Under the pieces are notes generated by a model, which had not been told where the DNA came from, made no database searches, and was given only the letters and a program-made list of their open reading frames with translations. A program made the translations under genes and the position numbers. DNA of 64,000 bases. Origin: Synechococcus sp. (GTDB lineage Bacteria; Cyanobacteriota; Cyanobacteriia; PCC-6307; Cyanobiaceae). Shown piece by piece: positions 8,994-19,844 of this stretch (positions are counted from its first letter, which is position 1; each line of letters starts with the position of its first letter). The DNA lies in assembly GCA_047284725.1 (NCBI GenBank), contig JBJBEO010000001.1:1048203-1112202 (forward strand), read 5' to 3'.

Positions 8994-10574
8994 TCAGCCG
9001 TGGGCAGCGTCGGGTTGGGTGCCGATGCGCTCGAGCAAGTTGTGACTCTCATGATTGAGCCCCTCGACGGTGACTGATGAGCCGCCCCGTTCCAGTTTGC
9101 GGGTGAGCTGATTGAGTGCGGCGACGCCGGTTTGATCCCAGATGTGCACCGCGCTCAGGTCGATCGTGACGCGGGCGGGGTGGTCGTGGACATCGAAACC
9201 CTGCAGGAAATACACCTTGCTCACGAAGAACAGCTGGCCGGTGACGACGTAGCGCCGGTGGTCCGGGCCCACGTCTTCCGCTTCCACCCGGATCACCTTG
9301 GCAACCTTGCGGCTGAAAAGCAGTGCTGCAAGGGCCACACCAGCCAGCACACCCAGTGCCAGGTTGTGGGGTGTGGTGAGCATGGTGACGGCGAAGGTCA
9401 TCAGCATCACGGCAGTGTCGCTCTTGGGGATTCTGGCGATCGCCCGCAGGCCGTTGAGATCGGCCGTGCTCACGGCAATGCTGATCATGACCGCCACCAG
9501 AGCAGCCATCGGGATCTGCTGGACCCATCCGCGTGCCAGCAGAATCATGGCCATCAGGCTGACGCCAGAGAACAGGGTGGAAAAGCGACCGCGCCCGCCG
9601 TTGTCGATGTTCATCACTGATTGCCCCACTAGGGCACATCCGGCCATTCCGCCGAAGAATGAAGACACGAGATTGGCGATTCCCTGACCGCGGGCTTCGG
9701 TGTTTTTGTTCGTTGTGCTGTCTGTTTTGTCGTCGAGGATGTCCTGGGTGAGAAAGGTTTCCATCAGGCCCACCAGGGAGATGGATAGAGCCGTCGGCAA
9801 CACGATTCCGAAGGTTTCAAGACTGAAGGGAACCTTGCCGTCGGCGAGGGAGCCGAAGGGCATCGTGGGAACGGGCAGCTGGCTCGGCAGTTCTCCCAGG
9901 CTTTTCACCGTGGGAATCTCCAGCCCGAGATTGACGCTGATCAGCGTCAGCACAACGATGGCCACCAGCTGCGAAGGGATCACGCGGGTGACCCTGGGCA
10001 GTGCGTAGATGATCACCAATCCGAGCAGCACCAGCAGCCACACCACCGGCATCTGAGCCGCAGGCAGGATGGTCTGCGCATCGTGGGCCGCCTTCTCCCC
10101 GAAGTGGAGGTTGATGCCGAGATTGGGAAGCTGCGCCTGGAAGATCAGCAGCGCCAGGGCATTCACGAATCCGCTGAGAACCCCCTGCGGCACGAAGCGC
10201 ATCTGATGGGCGAGGCGCAGATACCCCCAGAGGATCTGAAACACACCGGTCAGAACACCGGCAACGAGCAGATACTGCAGACCGAGACCGCTCACCCCCA
10301 GTTCACTGGAACGGGCATCTCCGAAGGCAACAATTCCCGTCATCAATAGGGCTGTCGAGCCTGTTGCCGACGTGATCATGGCGCTGCGGCCACCCACGAA
10401 CGCGATCGTGATCGAAAGGCAGAAGGCACCGAAGAGACCCACCTGAGGGTCCACTCCCGCGATCCCGGAGAAGGCGATCGCCTCCGGGATCATCGCGAAG
10501 GCCACCACCAGTCCGGACAACATTTCCTTGACCGGATTGTTAAACCACTGCCGCATCGGCTCACGGGCTGTCAT
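8994..10574 (-). CDS. SulP-family inorganic anion transporter with STAS domain
   Basis: [31 protein letters not shown]-terminal GQLFF...IWDQTG. Confidence 0.93.
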   Translation of the reverse strand: MTAREPMRQWFNNPVKEMLSGLVVAFAMIPEAIAFSGIAGVDPQVGLFGAFCLSITIAFVGGRSAMITSATGSTALLMTGIVAFGDARSSELGVSGLGLQYLLVAGVLTGVFQILWGYLRLAHQMRFVPQGVLSGFVNALALLIFQAQLPNLGINLHFGEKAAHDAQTILPAAQMPVVWLLVLLGLVIIYALPRVTRVIPSQLVAIVVLTLISVNLGLEIPTVKSLGELPSQLPVPTMPFGSLADGKVPFSLETFGIVLPTALSISLVGLMETFLTQDILDDKTDSTTNKNTEARGQGIANLVSSFFGGMAGCALVGQSVMNIDNGGRGRFSTLFSGVSLMAMILLARGWVQQIPMAALVAVMISIAVSTADLNGLRAIARIPKSDTAVMLMTFAVTMLTTPHNLALGVLAGVALAALLFSRKVAKVIRVEAEDVGPDHRRYVVTGQLFFVSKVYFLQGFDVHDHPARVTIDLSAVHIWDQTGVAALNQLTRKLERGGSSVTVEGLNHESHNLLERIGTQPDAAHG

Positions 10575-10634
10575 GGGGCGACCGTATCCCACTGCCCTGA
10601 CGATGGCGATGACGGCGTTGGTAGGAGGGATGCA

Positions 10635-11903
10635 TCAGAGGGAGGGGAGTCGTCCTTCCGGATCCAGCTCACGTTTGAGCTTGCGCAAGAACGGCAGCTG
10701 ATGGCCGAATGCTCCCTCCAGCGTTCGCTGGTGCCAGGGCAGGTGATCATGCAGCTGGGCCAGATGCACACCTGGGCAGTGCGGTTGGAGAAGGCCCCAC
10801 ACCTGCGCAAGCCATGCCAGGGACCGCACGCGGCCTTGCCGATCACCCGCTCGCCAGGCGGCCGTGATCCAGGGTTTCCATTCGGCCTGACGATGGATGA
10901 AGGCACTCTGGTTGGGCGCATGTCGGGCCACCGCCCCCCCCAGCTGCTGACTGGCGATGCTGCAACGGGGGTGGGGACGGCATGCCATGGCCTCAGCCAA
11001 GGCCTGGATCAAGGCTGTGGTGGCCTCACCCCAGCGGGGGCCCAGCACTCCCAGCACTTCCTGGTGGGGTGGTTCCTGCGGCCGTGGGTCCGTCGCCAAG
11101 GCCCCGAATGCCGGCAACCCATGCAGACCTTTGAGGGCGGTGCGGTGCCTGGCCGGGAGCTTGAACTCGCAGCTGAGTTGATCCAGTTGCGCCTGGCTGT
11201 GGGGATCATCGGCTCTGCTCACCAGCATCACTTCCCGTTCGCGTCCCCAGCACCATTGCAAACTCAGACCTTCCGGGAAGTGTTCAGCCTCCTGGATCAG
11301 CGTGGCCAGCTCGTCTGTGCTGAGACACCCCTGTTGCACGATCAGCGGCAGCAATGGGGTGGTGTTGAGTTCAAAGCTTTCCACCGCAGCCAGAAACAGA
11401 CCGGCTCCAAGCAGCCCCCTCCAGCCTGTATGGGCCGCTGCGCCAGGGTGGTCTCGACCGGTCGGTCTCTCCAGGCTGAACCGTGTGCCGTTGCCCCAGA
11501 GGCCTGTGACGGCCTGAAGGTGATCCATGGCCAGCCCCAGGCTTCGGCTGAGGGGCCCCATCCCTCCGCTGAGCAGAAACCCCGCCCCTGGCAGGCCGGA
11601 CAGGCCGGTGGGGATCATGCGGTGGCTCTTAGCCAGTTCGGCCTGGATCTCTCCCATCGTGAGCCCAGCGCCAAGACGAACCCGACTGCGGTCGGCATTG
11701 AGATGGATCGCCCGGTGCTCCAGGCTCAGATCAACGGTCCAGTGCTGATCAGCCGCGCAGCGGCTGGTGGTGCCTCCGCTGCAGATGCGCAGGGGAGACG
11801 ACTTGTCCTGCAGCGTCAGCAGTGCTTCGAGCTCTGCCGATGACGGGGTGATCACCCCAAGGCTCTGGCATCCAGCAGCAATGGCGTTATGGACTGGCGC
11901 CAA
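10635..11903 (-). CDS. FAD-binding oxidoreductase (FAD_binding_4-like)
   Basis: [28 protein letters not shown]-terminal LKRELDP. Confidence 0.8.
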   Translation of the reverse strand: MAPVHNAIAAGCQSLGVITPSSAELEALLTLQDKSSPLRICSGGTTSRCAADQHWTVDLSLEHRAIHLNADRSRVRLGAGLTMGEIQAELAKSHRMIPTGLSGLPGAGFLLSGGMGPLSRSLGLAMDHLQAVTGLWGNGTRFSLERPTGRDHPGAAAHTGWRGLLGAGLFLAAVESFELNTTPLLPLIVQQGCLSTDELATLIQEAEHFPEGLSLQWCWGREREVMLVSRADDPHSQAQLDQLSCEFKLPARHRTALKGLHGLPAFGALATDPRPQEPPHQEVLGVLGPRWGEATTALIQALAEAMACRPHPRCSIASQQLGGAVARHAPNQSAFIHRQAEWKPWITAAWRAGDRQGRVRSLAWLAQVWGLLQPHCPGVHLAQLHDHLPWHQRTLEGAFGHQLPFLRKLKRELDPEGRLPSL

Positions 11904-11974
11904 CGGCGGGAGGACCTCTCCTTTGGATCATGGCGACATGGCGGCGATAGGGTCAGCTCAGGCGACTAATCACT

Positions 11975-13093
11975 GTGACGGCGGGTCTTTCGAAGCTCAA
12001 GGCAGAGGGGGTGGGGGTCTTGATCTGTGGTCATGGCAGCCGTAATCGACTCGCGGTGGAGGAGTTCGCTCGTCTGGTGGAGGGACTGCGCCCTCGGATG
12101 GGGGGGCTGCCGGTGGAGCATGGCTACCTGGAATTCGCCCAGCCAATCCTGCGCGATTCGCTCGATCGCCTGCGCGCCCAGGGCGTGCAGCGTGTGCTGG
12201 CGGTGCCGGCCATGTTGTTTGCTGCTGGTCACGCCAAAAACGACATCCCTTCAGTCCTGAACACCTACAGCGCTGAAACGGGTCTGTCGATTGAGTACGG
12301 TCGAGAACTGGGGGTGGATCGCCTGATGATCGGTGCCGCAGGTGCCCGCATCCGGAAGGCACTTGAGCAGTCATCACACGACGTGCCCCTGTCGGAAACC
12401 CTTCTGGTGGTTGTGGGTCGAGGCTCTTCAGATCCCGATGCCAACTCCAACGTGGCGAAGGTGACCCGGATGCTGGTGGAGGGGTTTGGTTTCGGCTGGG
12501 GTGAAACGGTCTATTCCGGCGTGACGTTTCCCCTGGTGGAGCCCGGTCTGCGGCACGTCGTACGACTTGGCTTCAAACGCATCGTCGTCTTTCCTTACTT
12601 TCTCTTCTCTGGGGTTCTGGTGAGCAGGATCCGTCAGCACACCGAGCTGGTGGCCGCAGATCATTCGGATGTGGAGTTCGTGTCGGCGCAGTATCTAGGA
12701 GATCACCCCCTGGTGCTCGACACCTTTGTGGAACGGGTGCAGGAAGTCGTCGGAGGAGAAACGGCGATGAACTGCTCGCTTTGCAAGTACCGCGCTCAGG
12801 TGCTCGGTTTTGAAGATGAGGTGGGGTTGGCTCAGGAGAGCCACCATCACCACGTGGAGGGGCTGACCGATGGCTGCGATCTCTGCGAGCGCGAGTGCAC
12901 CGGTGCCTGCCAACCGGATGGCATTCCCATCCCTCTGGGCGATCACCACCACGGCCACGAACAGCACGGGAATCGCCATGACCACAGCCATGAGCACCAC
13001 CACCACCCCTACCCGCACGCTGATCATCCGTTAGGTCCGGACACCCTTCGCAAAACAGCGCAACAAGATGAAGGACCTTCAACGCAAACCTGA
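11975..13093 (+). CDS. cbiX: Sirohydrochlorin cobaltochelatase, long form
   Basis: CGHGSR, GYLEFAQP, AGHAKNDIP, VGRGSSD, MNCSLC, His-rich tail. Confidence 0.92.
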   Translation: MTAGLSKLKAEGVGVLICGHGSRNRLAVEEFARLVEGLRPRMGGLPVEHGYLEFAQPILRDSLDRLRAQGVQRVLAVPAMLFAAGHAKNDIPSVLNTYSAETGLSIEYGRELGVDRLMIGAAGARIRKALEQSSHDVPLSETLLVVVGRGSSDPDANSNVAKVTRMLVEGFGFGWGETVYSGVTFPLVEPGLRHVVRLGFKRIVVFPYFLFSGVLVSRIRQHTELVAADHSDVEFVSAQYLGDHPLVLDTFVERVQEVVGGETAMNCSLCKYRAQVLGFEDEVGLAQESHHHHVEGLTDGCDLCERECTGACQPDGIPIPLGDHHHGHEQHGNRHDHSHEHHHHPYPHADHPLGPDTLRKTAQQDEGPSTQT

Positions 13094-13206
13094 AGAGATT
13101 GCGTCGAAACCAGCCCCCTCAAAAATCTCATTCTCGACCTGGACTCGAGAGACCAGGCAAGATAAGCAAGGCTTATCAGGCCACCGAGTGGGTTGATTTG
13201 GTGCCG

Positions 13207-13236
13207 TTTTCCACAGGCTTTGCGTCGTTTTCCACG
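13207..13236 (+). promoter_or_regulatory. Two tandem DnaA-box-like sites (TTTTCCACA; TTTTCCACG)
   Basis: 13207-13215 is an exact TTTTCCACA; 13228-13236 has one mismatch; 21-bp period; intergenic. Confidence 0.5.
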
Positions 13237-13443
13237 GGGGCTCTCCGTGGCGCAAGGGTGCTGGGGATTGTGTCTGATTTTCAGGGGTGTATCAGTGCCT
13301 TCTTGACAGGAGGTCGTGAAGTTGTCCTTGTCAGTCTTTCTGCGGTGACTTCGCGTTGGAATCTCTTGCACTGGCGTGAGTCTTGATTGAGATTGTTTGC
13401 GGTGGGGCTGGCTCGTTCCGGCTTTGACGCGGTCCCCTCAACG

Positions 13444-13758
13444 ATGGATTCTTGTCGGACAGACGGATCACAAGAGGCTTTGTTGGATCGCAATCAACTG
13501 GAACGGTGTGTGGAGGTTTCGGAGGAGTGTTCTCCTCTCGAGAGCGATGCTGCTTCCACGACGTACGTCAGCCTGGAAGCTGAAATCCCTGAGGTGCTGT
13601 ATCGCGGCATGAAGGATTTCATCGGCAGCAACGCCCATTGGGATCAATACCGGGTGATGAGTTCAGCTCTGGCGAACTTTCTGTTTCAGAACGGTTGCGG
13701 TGATCGTGCGGTGACCGAGCGTTATCTCGACGATCTGTTCAGCCGTTCCCAGCCCTGA
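13444..13758 (+). CDS. DUF2811-family protein
   Basis: EIPEVLYRGMKDFI...WDQYRVMSSALANFLFQNG; start uncertain. Confidence 0.8.
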   Translation: MDSCRTDGSQEALLDRNQLERCVEVSEECSPLESDAASTTYVSLEAEIPEVLYRGMKDFIGSNAHWDQYRVMSSALANFLFQNGCGDRAVTERYLDDLFSRSQP

Positions 13759-15376
13759 CCGCTTCCTGGCAGGCCCTGCGGGTCAGCGCCATCATCGTGA
13801 GTGTGGGGCTTTGCCAGGCCGACGTCGGCCAACAGGCTCCATCCACAACCAAGACGTTGGTGCAGCGCCAGAGTCGGTTGAAACGATCGACAACGCTGCT
13901 GGATTCGTGGGTTCCCATGGCAGCGCCACCCACTTCATGGATGTAGTAGCCCGGAGGTGGGGCCTGATCGTTGGTGGCAGCACTGGCGGTCACCAGCGGT
14001 TCGATCAGGGGCAGATGAATCAGATCCTGCAGTGGTCGAGGTTCTCCGCCCGCAGCGCTGATGGCCGACAGCATCGTTGTGTGCATGTGGTCCACCATGG
14101 CTTGCTCATTCGCTCCCCAGCGGCAGTCGATATGGGGGATGGGTCGACCCCACGCATCGGTTTGGGACGAAAGGCTCACGTGGTTGTCGTGACGGGCCAG
14201 CACCTCACCGTGGCCGATCAGGAAGCCCAGGCGGCAATCCCGTTGCCGCTTGAGAGCCGCAGGAGGATCAAAGCGATTGATGCCGCCCCAAAGCCCATAG
14301 CCCCTGAGGAAGTCGACGGAGCCGGTGCTTTCGAGGCAGGATCCGAAGGGGATGAAAAAGCTGCCTGCCCCCGATAACTTCGCTGGATTCACCGCCTCAG
14401 ATTCAGATGGCATCGCGAAGAAGCGGCACGTGGACACGTGGTCCATCAGGGCCTTGCCCAGACGACCCGAGGGGTCGTCGAAGCCATCCGCCGTGTGCTG
14501 CTGTTCTGATTGCAGAAGAATGCGCAGGGTTTGAATGGTGGAGGCACAAAGCACGATCAGGGGCGCTTCCAGTCGATGCCGGTTGCCATCGCTGAGCTTG
14601 ATGGCAATCGCACCTGCTGCCCGCTGCCGGTCTGGCGTCATCAGCAGTCGTTCGACCATCAGACCGCTGCAAAGCTCGACGCGCCCTGTCGCGAGTGCCC
14701 GCTTCATGGTGCTGCCGAGACTGCTGGAACGAGGCCAGGGGCTGTCTGGGCTGGTCGCAGGCAATTCGAAGCCCCTCGAGCGGATCCAGGGGTAGCCGAG
14801 CTGGTGAGTGACGGCGTCGCTGAAACGCTTCTCCTCAGCGGTCGAGGGCAGCGCGGTGGAACACCAGCCATCGGGGACTTGAAGCAGCCCGTTGCGTTCT
14901 CCATGAACGGCCAGCAGTTGCTCGAGGGCGGTGTAGTGCGGAGCGAGATCGTCATGGCAGATCGGCCAGTTCGCCCCGTGCCCGTCGTGGTCAGCCGCTT
15001 TGAATTCTCTGTCTGACAGCCTCAGTGTGATCCCCCCCCAGGTGAGGCTGCGGCCCCCTGCCTGATGGCCTCGGGTCCAGAGGAAGGGGCGATCAGGGGG
15101 ATGACTGTAGGGATGCTGCTTTTCGTCGATGTAAAGCAGCGGATTCTGTTTCCAGTAGCCAGGGTGCTGAGCTTGCTGGTGATGGCGCCCGCTGAGCAGG
15201 CCTTCGACCCGACGGATGCTGTTGCCAGGCTCTCCTCCGAGGGCTTGCTGGGGCGTGAGCTCAGGCCCCGCTTCGAGCACCAGCACACGCAATCCGGCGT
15301 CCGCCAGCGTCATGGCGGCCACGCCCCCTGTGGCGCCCGACCCCACCACGATTGCCTCGAAGGGATGCTTGTTCAC
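13739..15376 (-). CDS. GMC-family oxidoreductase
   Basis: VVGSGATGG Rossmann motif, GGRSLTWGG, LMDH, HEVGGAAMG, VVDGACW; start set at GTG 15376. Confidence 0.92.
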   Translation of the reverse strand: MNKHPFEAIVVGSGATGGVAAMTLADAGLRVLVLEAGPELTPQQALGGEPGNSIRRVEGLLSGRHHQQAQHPGYWKQNPLLYIDEKQHPYSHPPDRPFLWTRGHQAGGRSLTWGGITLRLSDREFKAADHDGHGANWPICHDDLAPHYTALEQLLAVHGERNGLLQVPDGWCSTALPSTAEEKRFSDAVTHQLGYPWIRSRGFELPATSPDSPWPRSSSLGSTMKRALATGRVELCSGLMVERLLMTPDRQRAAGAIAIKLSDGNRHRLEAPLIVLCASTIQTLRILLQSEQQHTADGFDDPSGRLGKALMDHVSTCRFFAMPSESEAVNPAKLSGAGSFFIPFGSCLESTGSVDFLRGYGLWGGINRFDPPAALKRQRDCRLGFLIGHGEVLARHDNHVSLSSQTDAWGRPIPHIDCRWGANEQAMVDHMHTTMLSAISAAGGEPRPLQDLIHLPLIEPLVTASAATNDQAPPPGYYIHEVGGAAMGTHESSSVVDRFNRLWRCTNVLVVDGACWPTSAWQSPTLTMMALTRRACQEAVRAGNG

Positions 15377-15605
15377 GGTCTTCACTGAACACAAAGCCGT
15401 TGAAAGATTGCTGTCTCCTGAAGAAAGTCTGCCTTAATTCGGTCAATAACAATCTCCCAATCTTGCTTCTCACCTCAGAGGTCTGGATGGGCGGAGATTG
15501 ACGTTCCAAAGCTTCGGGTGCGGGCCATGGGGCGACTCCCATCGCTGCTAGACCAGAACAACATCGTCTGTTGGACGGAGTGACGACACCGATGCCGTTT
15601 CGCTG

Positions 15606-16949
15606 ATGCCCGCCGCTCCTCCGCTGGCCTTCCTGCCCCCCCGCTTTGATCGCCGCGTGCTCGCACTGAGCCGGCTGCTGCTCCCGATCGGGCTCAGGAC
15701 GGTCGCTGACATCCGAGAGCTGAAGGTGACTGGGGGCGACCGGCTCGTGTCGTCGATGGCCTCCTTCGAAGCGGGAGAGAGCAGGCTGATGCTGGCATTC
15801 CGCCATCCCAGCATCAGTGACCCGCTCTGCCTAGCGTCACTTCTCTGGCGTGAACTCCCTCGTCAGGACCGGCAACGGGGTCGGCGCTTGCGCGGCATCC
15901 CCCACAGCTTCTTTCTCTATGACCGTGGGATCCCGCTCTGGGCAGGTGCGCCACTGGGCTGGCTGCTGCAGCGGTTGGGAGGCACCTCGATTCAGCGCGG
16001 GAAACTGGATACCGCAGCCTTGCGGTCTGCCCGAGCACTCCTCCTGGATGGTTCGTTTCCGTTTGCGGCAGCGCCGGAGGGAGCGACGAATGGACACAAC
16101 GAGTTGGTCAGTCCTCTCGAGCCGGGTATCGCCCAACTGGCGTTCTGGACTGCCGAAGACTTGGCTCGCTCAGCGCGACACGAGCGGATGATCATTCTTC
16201 CGATCGGCCTGCAATACAGCTGGTGCGAGCCGATCTGGGGGGGGATCGATGGCTTGTTGTGCGATATGGAGCGCAACGCTGGTCTTTCTCCGCCAACGGC
16301 TGGACGCCTGGACCCCGACCTGCTCTACGGACGTCTGTTGGTCTTGGCTGAACGGATGCTGGAGTTGTTGGAACAGTTCTATCGGCGTGCTTACCAACGC
16401 GACCTGCCCGAGCTCTCCGGACTTGTCCCACGGCTTGAGCGTTTACTGACCACAGCCCTTGAGGTCGTGGAGGAGTCGTTGGGAGTCCGTTCTGCCGGCA
16501 GCCTCGATGAGCGCTGTCGGCGTCTTGAACAGGCTGCATGGGAACGGCTCTATCCGCCTGCAGGTGAGGCTGAAAGCCAGTGCCAGCTTCAGCGAGGTTT
16601 GGCCGATCGGCTGGCGGATGAAACCGAGGGACGCCTGTGGCACATGCGCATGGTGGAAAGCTTCACAGCCGTTAGTGGCAGTTATGTAAGAGAGCGTCCC
16701 AGTCAGGAGCGATTTGCCGACACGCTGCTGTTGCTTTGGGACACCCAATGCCGACTGCTTGGCACCAACCCGGCTCGACGCCCCCGTCTGGGCCCAAGGA
16801 GGGTGCAGATCACCATGGGCGCGCCGATCGCTGTTGAGGAGAGACTGGCCGAGTACCGCAAGAATCGTCGACAGGCCGTCGCCGCTCTCACCTCTGATCT
16901 GCAAAGGGCTCTGGAGGGGCTGATCAGACCCTCTGAGCTTCCTGGTTAG
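15606..16949 (+). CDS. PlsC-superfamily glycerolipid acyltransferase
   Basis: FRHPSISDP (HX4D), SIQRG, APEG motifs. Confidence 0.85.
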   Translation: MPAAPPLAFLPPRFDRRVLALSRLLLPIGLRTVADIRELKVTGGDRLVSSMASFEAGESRLMLAFRHPSISDPLCLASLLWRELPRQDRQRGRRLRGIPHSFFLYDRGIPLWAGAPLGWLLQRLGGTSIQRGKLDTAALRSARALLLDGSFPFAAAPEGATNGHNELVSPLEPGIAQLAFWTAEDLARSARHERMIILPIGLQYSWCEPIWGGIDGLLCDMERNAGLSPPTAGRLDPDLLYGRLLVLAERMLELLEQFYRRAYQRDLPELSGLVPRLERLLTTALEVVEESLGVRSAGSLDERCRRLEQAAWERLYPPAGEAESQCQLQRGLADRLADETEGRLWHMRMVESFTAVSGSYVRERPSQERFADTLLLLWDTQCRLLGTNPARRPRLGPRRVQITMGAPIAVEERLAEYRKNRRQAVAALTSDLQRALEGLIRPSELPG

Positions 16950-17037
16950 ACAGCGAGGTGTCGCACGACCAACCAACGTCCCTGACGCCTTGTCTGCTCC
17001 GCGCTCCCATTCGAGCGGCGGCGGTGGCCGATCCATC

Positions 17038-17071
17038 AAAAAGCCCCCTGACATTTTTAATGCCAGGGGGG
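17038..17071 (-). terminator. Intrinsic terminator downstream of tRNA-Met
   Basis: CCCCCTG/CAGGGGG stem followed on the minus strand by a T run. Confidence 0.7.
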
Positions 17072-17077
17072 TCGATT

Positions 17078-17154
<77 letters not shown>

Positions 17155-17214
17155 GCGCTAGGCCGCGTTCGCGACTCGACAACTATACACAGAGGTTTGT
17201 GCACAGCGGGGAGG

Positions 17215-18183
17215 TCATGTCCGCAGTTCACCCTCCACTTCCAGCAGTACGCCAGGGTTGAGCATCAGCACCTGCGCCTCAAGTTCTTCCAGTCCACTGG
17301 GGGTCAGCCAGTCGAGTTGCCTGAGCAGGTGAAGCGCCACGGCGTGCTTCGCCCGGCGGGCCCCGTCTTCCACTTTGATGGCTACACCAAGGCCCTCTCC
17401 AATCCGGCTGAGGCATTGAATGCCCTCGGCGCCGCCTTTGCTCAGCACCTGGCCATGACTGCGCTGCATCAGCTCGGTGTCGAATTTCCCTTCGCCTGCG
17501 ATCAGATGGGGATGGCCCAGCATGGCTCTGCAGATCTGTTCGAGTTCCGCCTGGGTTGAGGCTCCGAGGTGGGCATAGAGCAGCGCCATCTGCGCCAGCT
17601 GCAGGCGAAGGGTGGGAGCACCGCAATCGTCGCGCGCCGCAATCAGTTCGTCTGTCGGCAGGCCGAGCAGTTCGGCAACGCGGCGATTGACCTCCTTCTG
17701 CACGGGGTGGTCGTTGTGGAGGTAGCTCTCCGTTGGCCAGGCCATTTTTCGGCAGGTGGCCAGAAATGCAGCATGTTTGCCTGAACAGTTGTGCTCGAGG
17801 GGGCTGCTGCCACCTTCAGGCACGGGACACTGCAGCTGCGATGCCTCGAGTTCGGCATTCCAGAGGATTTTGAAGGCTTCCCGGGCATGGCCGGCTGTGC
17901 CGGCATGGGAGGCGCAGCTGATGGCCAGACCCCTCTCCCCGCAATCCACCTGAGCGGCCGCTCCACTGCTGAGGAAGGGAAGGGCCTGGAACGGCTTCAG
18001 TGCAGAGCGGATGAACGATTCAAAGTCAGGTTGACCAGCTCGCATCAGGATGCGTCCCTTCTGGTCGCACACCACAGCGTGAACCCGATGCACCGATTCA
18101 AGGCTCGAATCACGTTTGAGCCTCACCTCCAAGGGAGGGGTGGCCAAGGACGCGCCGCCACTGAGGCTGGAAGGCAAGGCCAT
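17215..18183 (-). CDS. L-asparaginase II family protein
   Basis: RSALKPFQA, HNCSGKH, DDCGAP, SKGGAEG, KVEDG. Confidence 0.9.
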   Translation of the reverse strand: MALPSSLSGGASLATPPLEVRLKRDSSLESVHRVHAVVCDQKGRILMRAGQPDFESFIRSALKPFQALPFLSSGAAAQVDCGERGLAISCASHAGTAGHAREAFKILWNAELEASQLQCPVPEGGSSPLEHNCSGKHAAFLATCRKMAWPTESYLHNDHPVQKEVNRRVAELLGLPTDELIAARDDCGAPTLRLQLAQMALLYAHLGASTQAELEQICRAMLGHPHLIAGEGKFDTELMQRSHGQVLSKGGAEGIQCLSRIGEGLGVAIKVEDGARRAKHAVALHLLRQLDWLTPSGLEELEAQVLMLNPGVLLEVEGELRT

Positions 18184-18205
18184 GAATGCTCGAAGGCGGT
18201 GCTGC

Positions 18206-18703
18206 TCAGAGAGCCTGACAGAGACTCGCCCCGCCCAGCATCAGGCCTGCCGTCCAGGCCATCGCCCGGGCCAGGCGTCCGAGAATGGGCCTCACCTCGT
18301 GGCGTGCCATCAACAGATCACGCTCTCGCCAAGCCAAGGGTTTTTCCCAGACCTGGCCGTCGTACCAGCCAGATTCTTCGTACTCCACCTGTTCCGACAG
18401 CAGGCGTTTGTGCACGTAACTCCAGCCGAGCCATTGCCTCACCAGCAGCAGCATCGGAAGAACGAGTGCCGCGACAGCACCAGCCGCGAACAGGCGAGGG
18501 AGATCATTGCGCAGGGTCCAACTGCCACTGGCCACCAGCACCGTGACAGGGAGGATGCCCAACCAACTGATCAACAGGGCTTGATCAAGCTTGGTCTGCG
18601 AGGCGGTGGGCCAGGTGAAGAACCAGGAGTCGCAGAGTTGCTGAAATTCTTCCTGGGGGCGTTGTTCTGGAGGAACGGGGCAGGCAACGGTGCTGGCCAT
18701 CAA
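18206..18703 (-). CDS. CGLD27/Ycf36-family membrane protein
   Basis: CPVPPEQRP, LGWSYV, YEESGWYDGQVWEKP. Confidence 0.9.
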   Translation of the reverse strand: MMASTVACPVPPEQRPQEEFQQLCDSWFFTWPTASQTKLDQALLISWLGILPVTVLVASGSWTLRNDLPRLFAAGAVAALVLPMLLLVRQWLGWSYVHKRLLSEQVEYEESGWYDGQVWEKPLAWRERDLLMARHEVRPILGRLARAMAWTAGLMLGGASLCQAL

Positions 18704-18709
18704 TGTGGA

Positions 18710-19102
18710 TCAGGGAGCCTGTTCGTCTCCAGACGCTACGAAGCTTCGGCGTTCTCCGTGACCCCAGAAGGCCTCGAGGTCGTAATAGCTCCGCTCCCCG
18801 GGCTGGAGGATGTGAACGATCAACTCGCCGTAATCCAGCAACGCCCAACGAGCTTCATTCAATCCCTCGCGGCGGATGGGAAGACGACCGGTCACCTCCT
18901 CGACTTTGTCCTGTACGGAGCGGGCAATGGCCCTGACCTGTACATCGGTGTGTCCACCTGCGATCACCATCCAGTCGGCAAGGCTGGACACCTCATCAAC
19001 GCGGATGAGTTCAATGCCGGTGGCTTTGCGGTCGTCGCAGGCGTCAGCGGCGAGTTCCGCTAACTGCAGGCTGCTGAGCTCGGTTTGATCGGCGTCAGCC
19101 AT
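18710..19102 (-). CDS. rsfS: Ribosome silencing factor (Iojap)
   Basis: DDRKA, QVRAIA, WALLDYG, RSYYDLEAFW; ATG at 19102 overlaps the upstream stop. Confidence 0.93.
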   Translation of the reverse strand: MADADQTELSSLQLAELAADACDDRKATGIELIRVDEVSSLADWMVIAGGHTDVQVRAIARSVQDKVEEVTGRLPIRREGLNEARWALLDYGELIVHILQPGERSYYDLEAFWGHGERRSFVASGDEQAP

Positions 19103-19730
19103 AGACGTTCTCACTGGTGACGGATTCCCGCGATCCCTGCTGTTGCGCCATTTCCGCTCTGGCTTTGCTGGCACTCTTGCGCAGCGCTTCCAGGCGATCT
19201 TCGTAGAAGCTGCGCTTTTTCTTCTTGCGGGTCTTTTCCACCAGCTCCTTCAGCGCGCCACCCAGGCTTTTGTAGGCATTGGGAACGCTGTAGCCGAACC
19301 GACAGGCCAGATCGATGGCCCGTTCGTCAGCGGTGATGGCGTCCTGCAGTCGCTTTTCGGAATTGTTCTTGAGATAGAGCCGATAGCCAGCAAAACCGGA
19401 CAGGCCCAGCGCCATCATCAGCAGGAGTCCGTCCTGGACCCAAAGCTCACCGATGGCTCCGCCCAGGCCGATGGCCAGGGCAGCCATTTCCCATCCATCC
19501 CGCGGGATGGTGTCGTTCTGAATGCGACCGACCTCGTGCCAGAACAACAGGTTGCGGTGGTCAAGCGCGAGGTTGTCCCACTGCTCAAGGTCCACCTGGA
19601 TCTCGACTTCATCCCGACCGATCTCCTCAAGGGTGATCAAGGGGGGATCAATGGCAGCCGCAGCCTCCACGAACACCCAGCTCTGCATTTCCGGTGGCAG
19701 CAGCCCCTTGAGGCGCTGGAGCTCACTCAT
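19095..19730 (-). CDS. DUF3318-family protein
   Basis: ELQRLKGLLP, RNLLFWHEVGRIQ, AIGLGGAIGELWVQD. Confidence 0.85.
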   Translation of the reverse strand: MSELQRLKGLLPPEMQSWVFVEAAAAIDPPLITLEEIGRDEVEIQVDLEQWDNLALDHRNLLFWHEVGRIQNDTIPRDGWEMAALAIGLGGAIGELWVQDGLLLMMALGLSGFAGYRLYLKNNSEKRLQDAITADERAIDLACRFGYSVPNAYKSLGGALKELVEKTRKKKKRSFYEDRLEALRKSASKARAEMAQQQGSRESVTSENVYG

Positions 19731-19844
19731 GGTCGTTCGAGGATCTTCCAGATCGCTTTAAACTAGCGACTCACGCCTCTGGGACGAAAGTTCGTGGGCC
19801 TGCCGCATGGGAGGCTTAACAGGTTTGGCTACGTTCAGAAGCCC

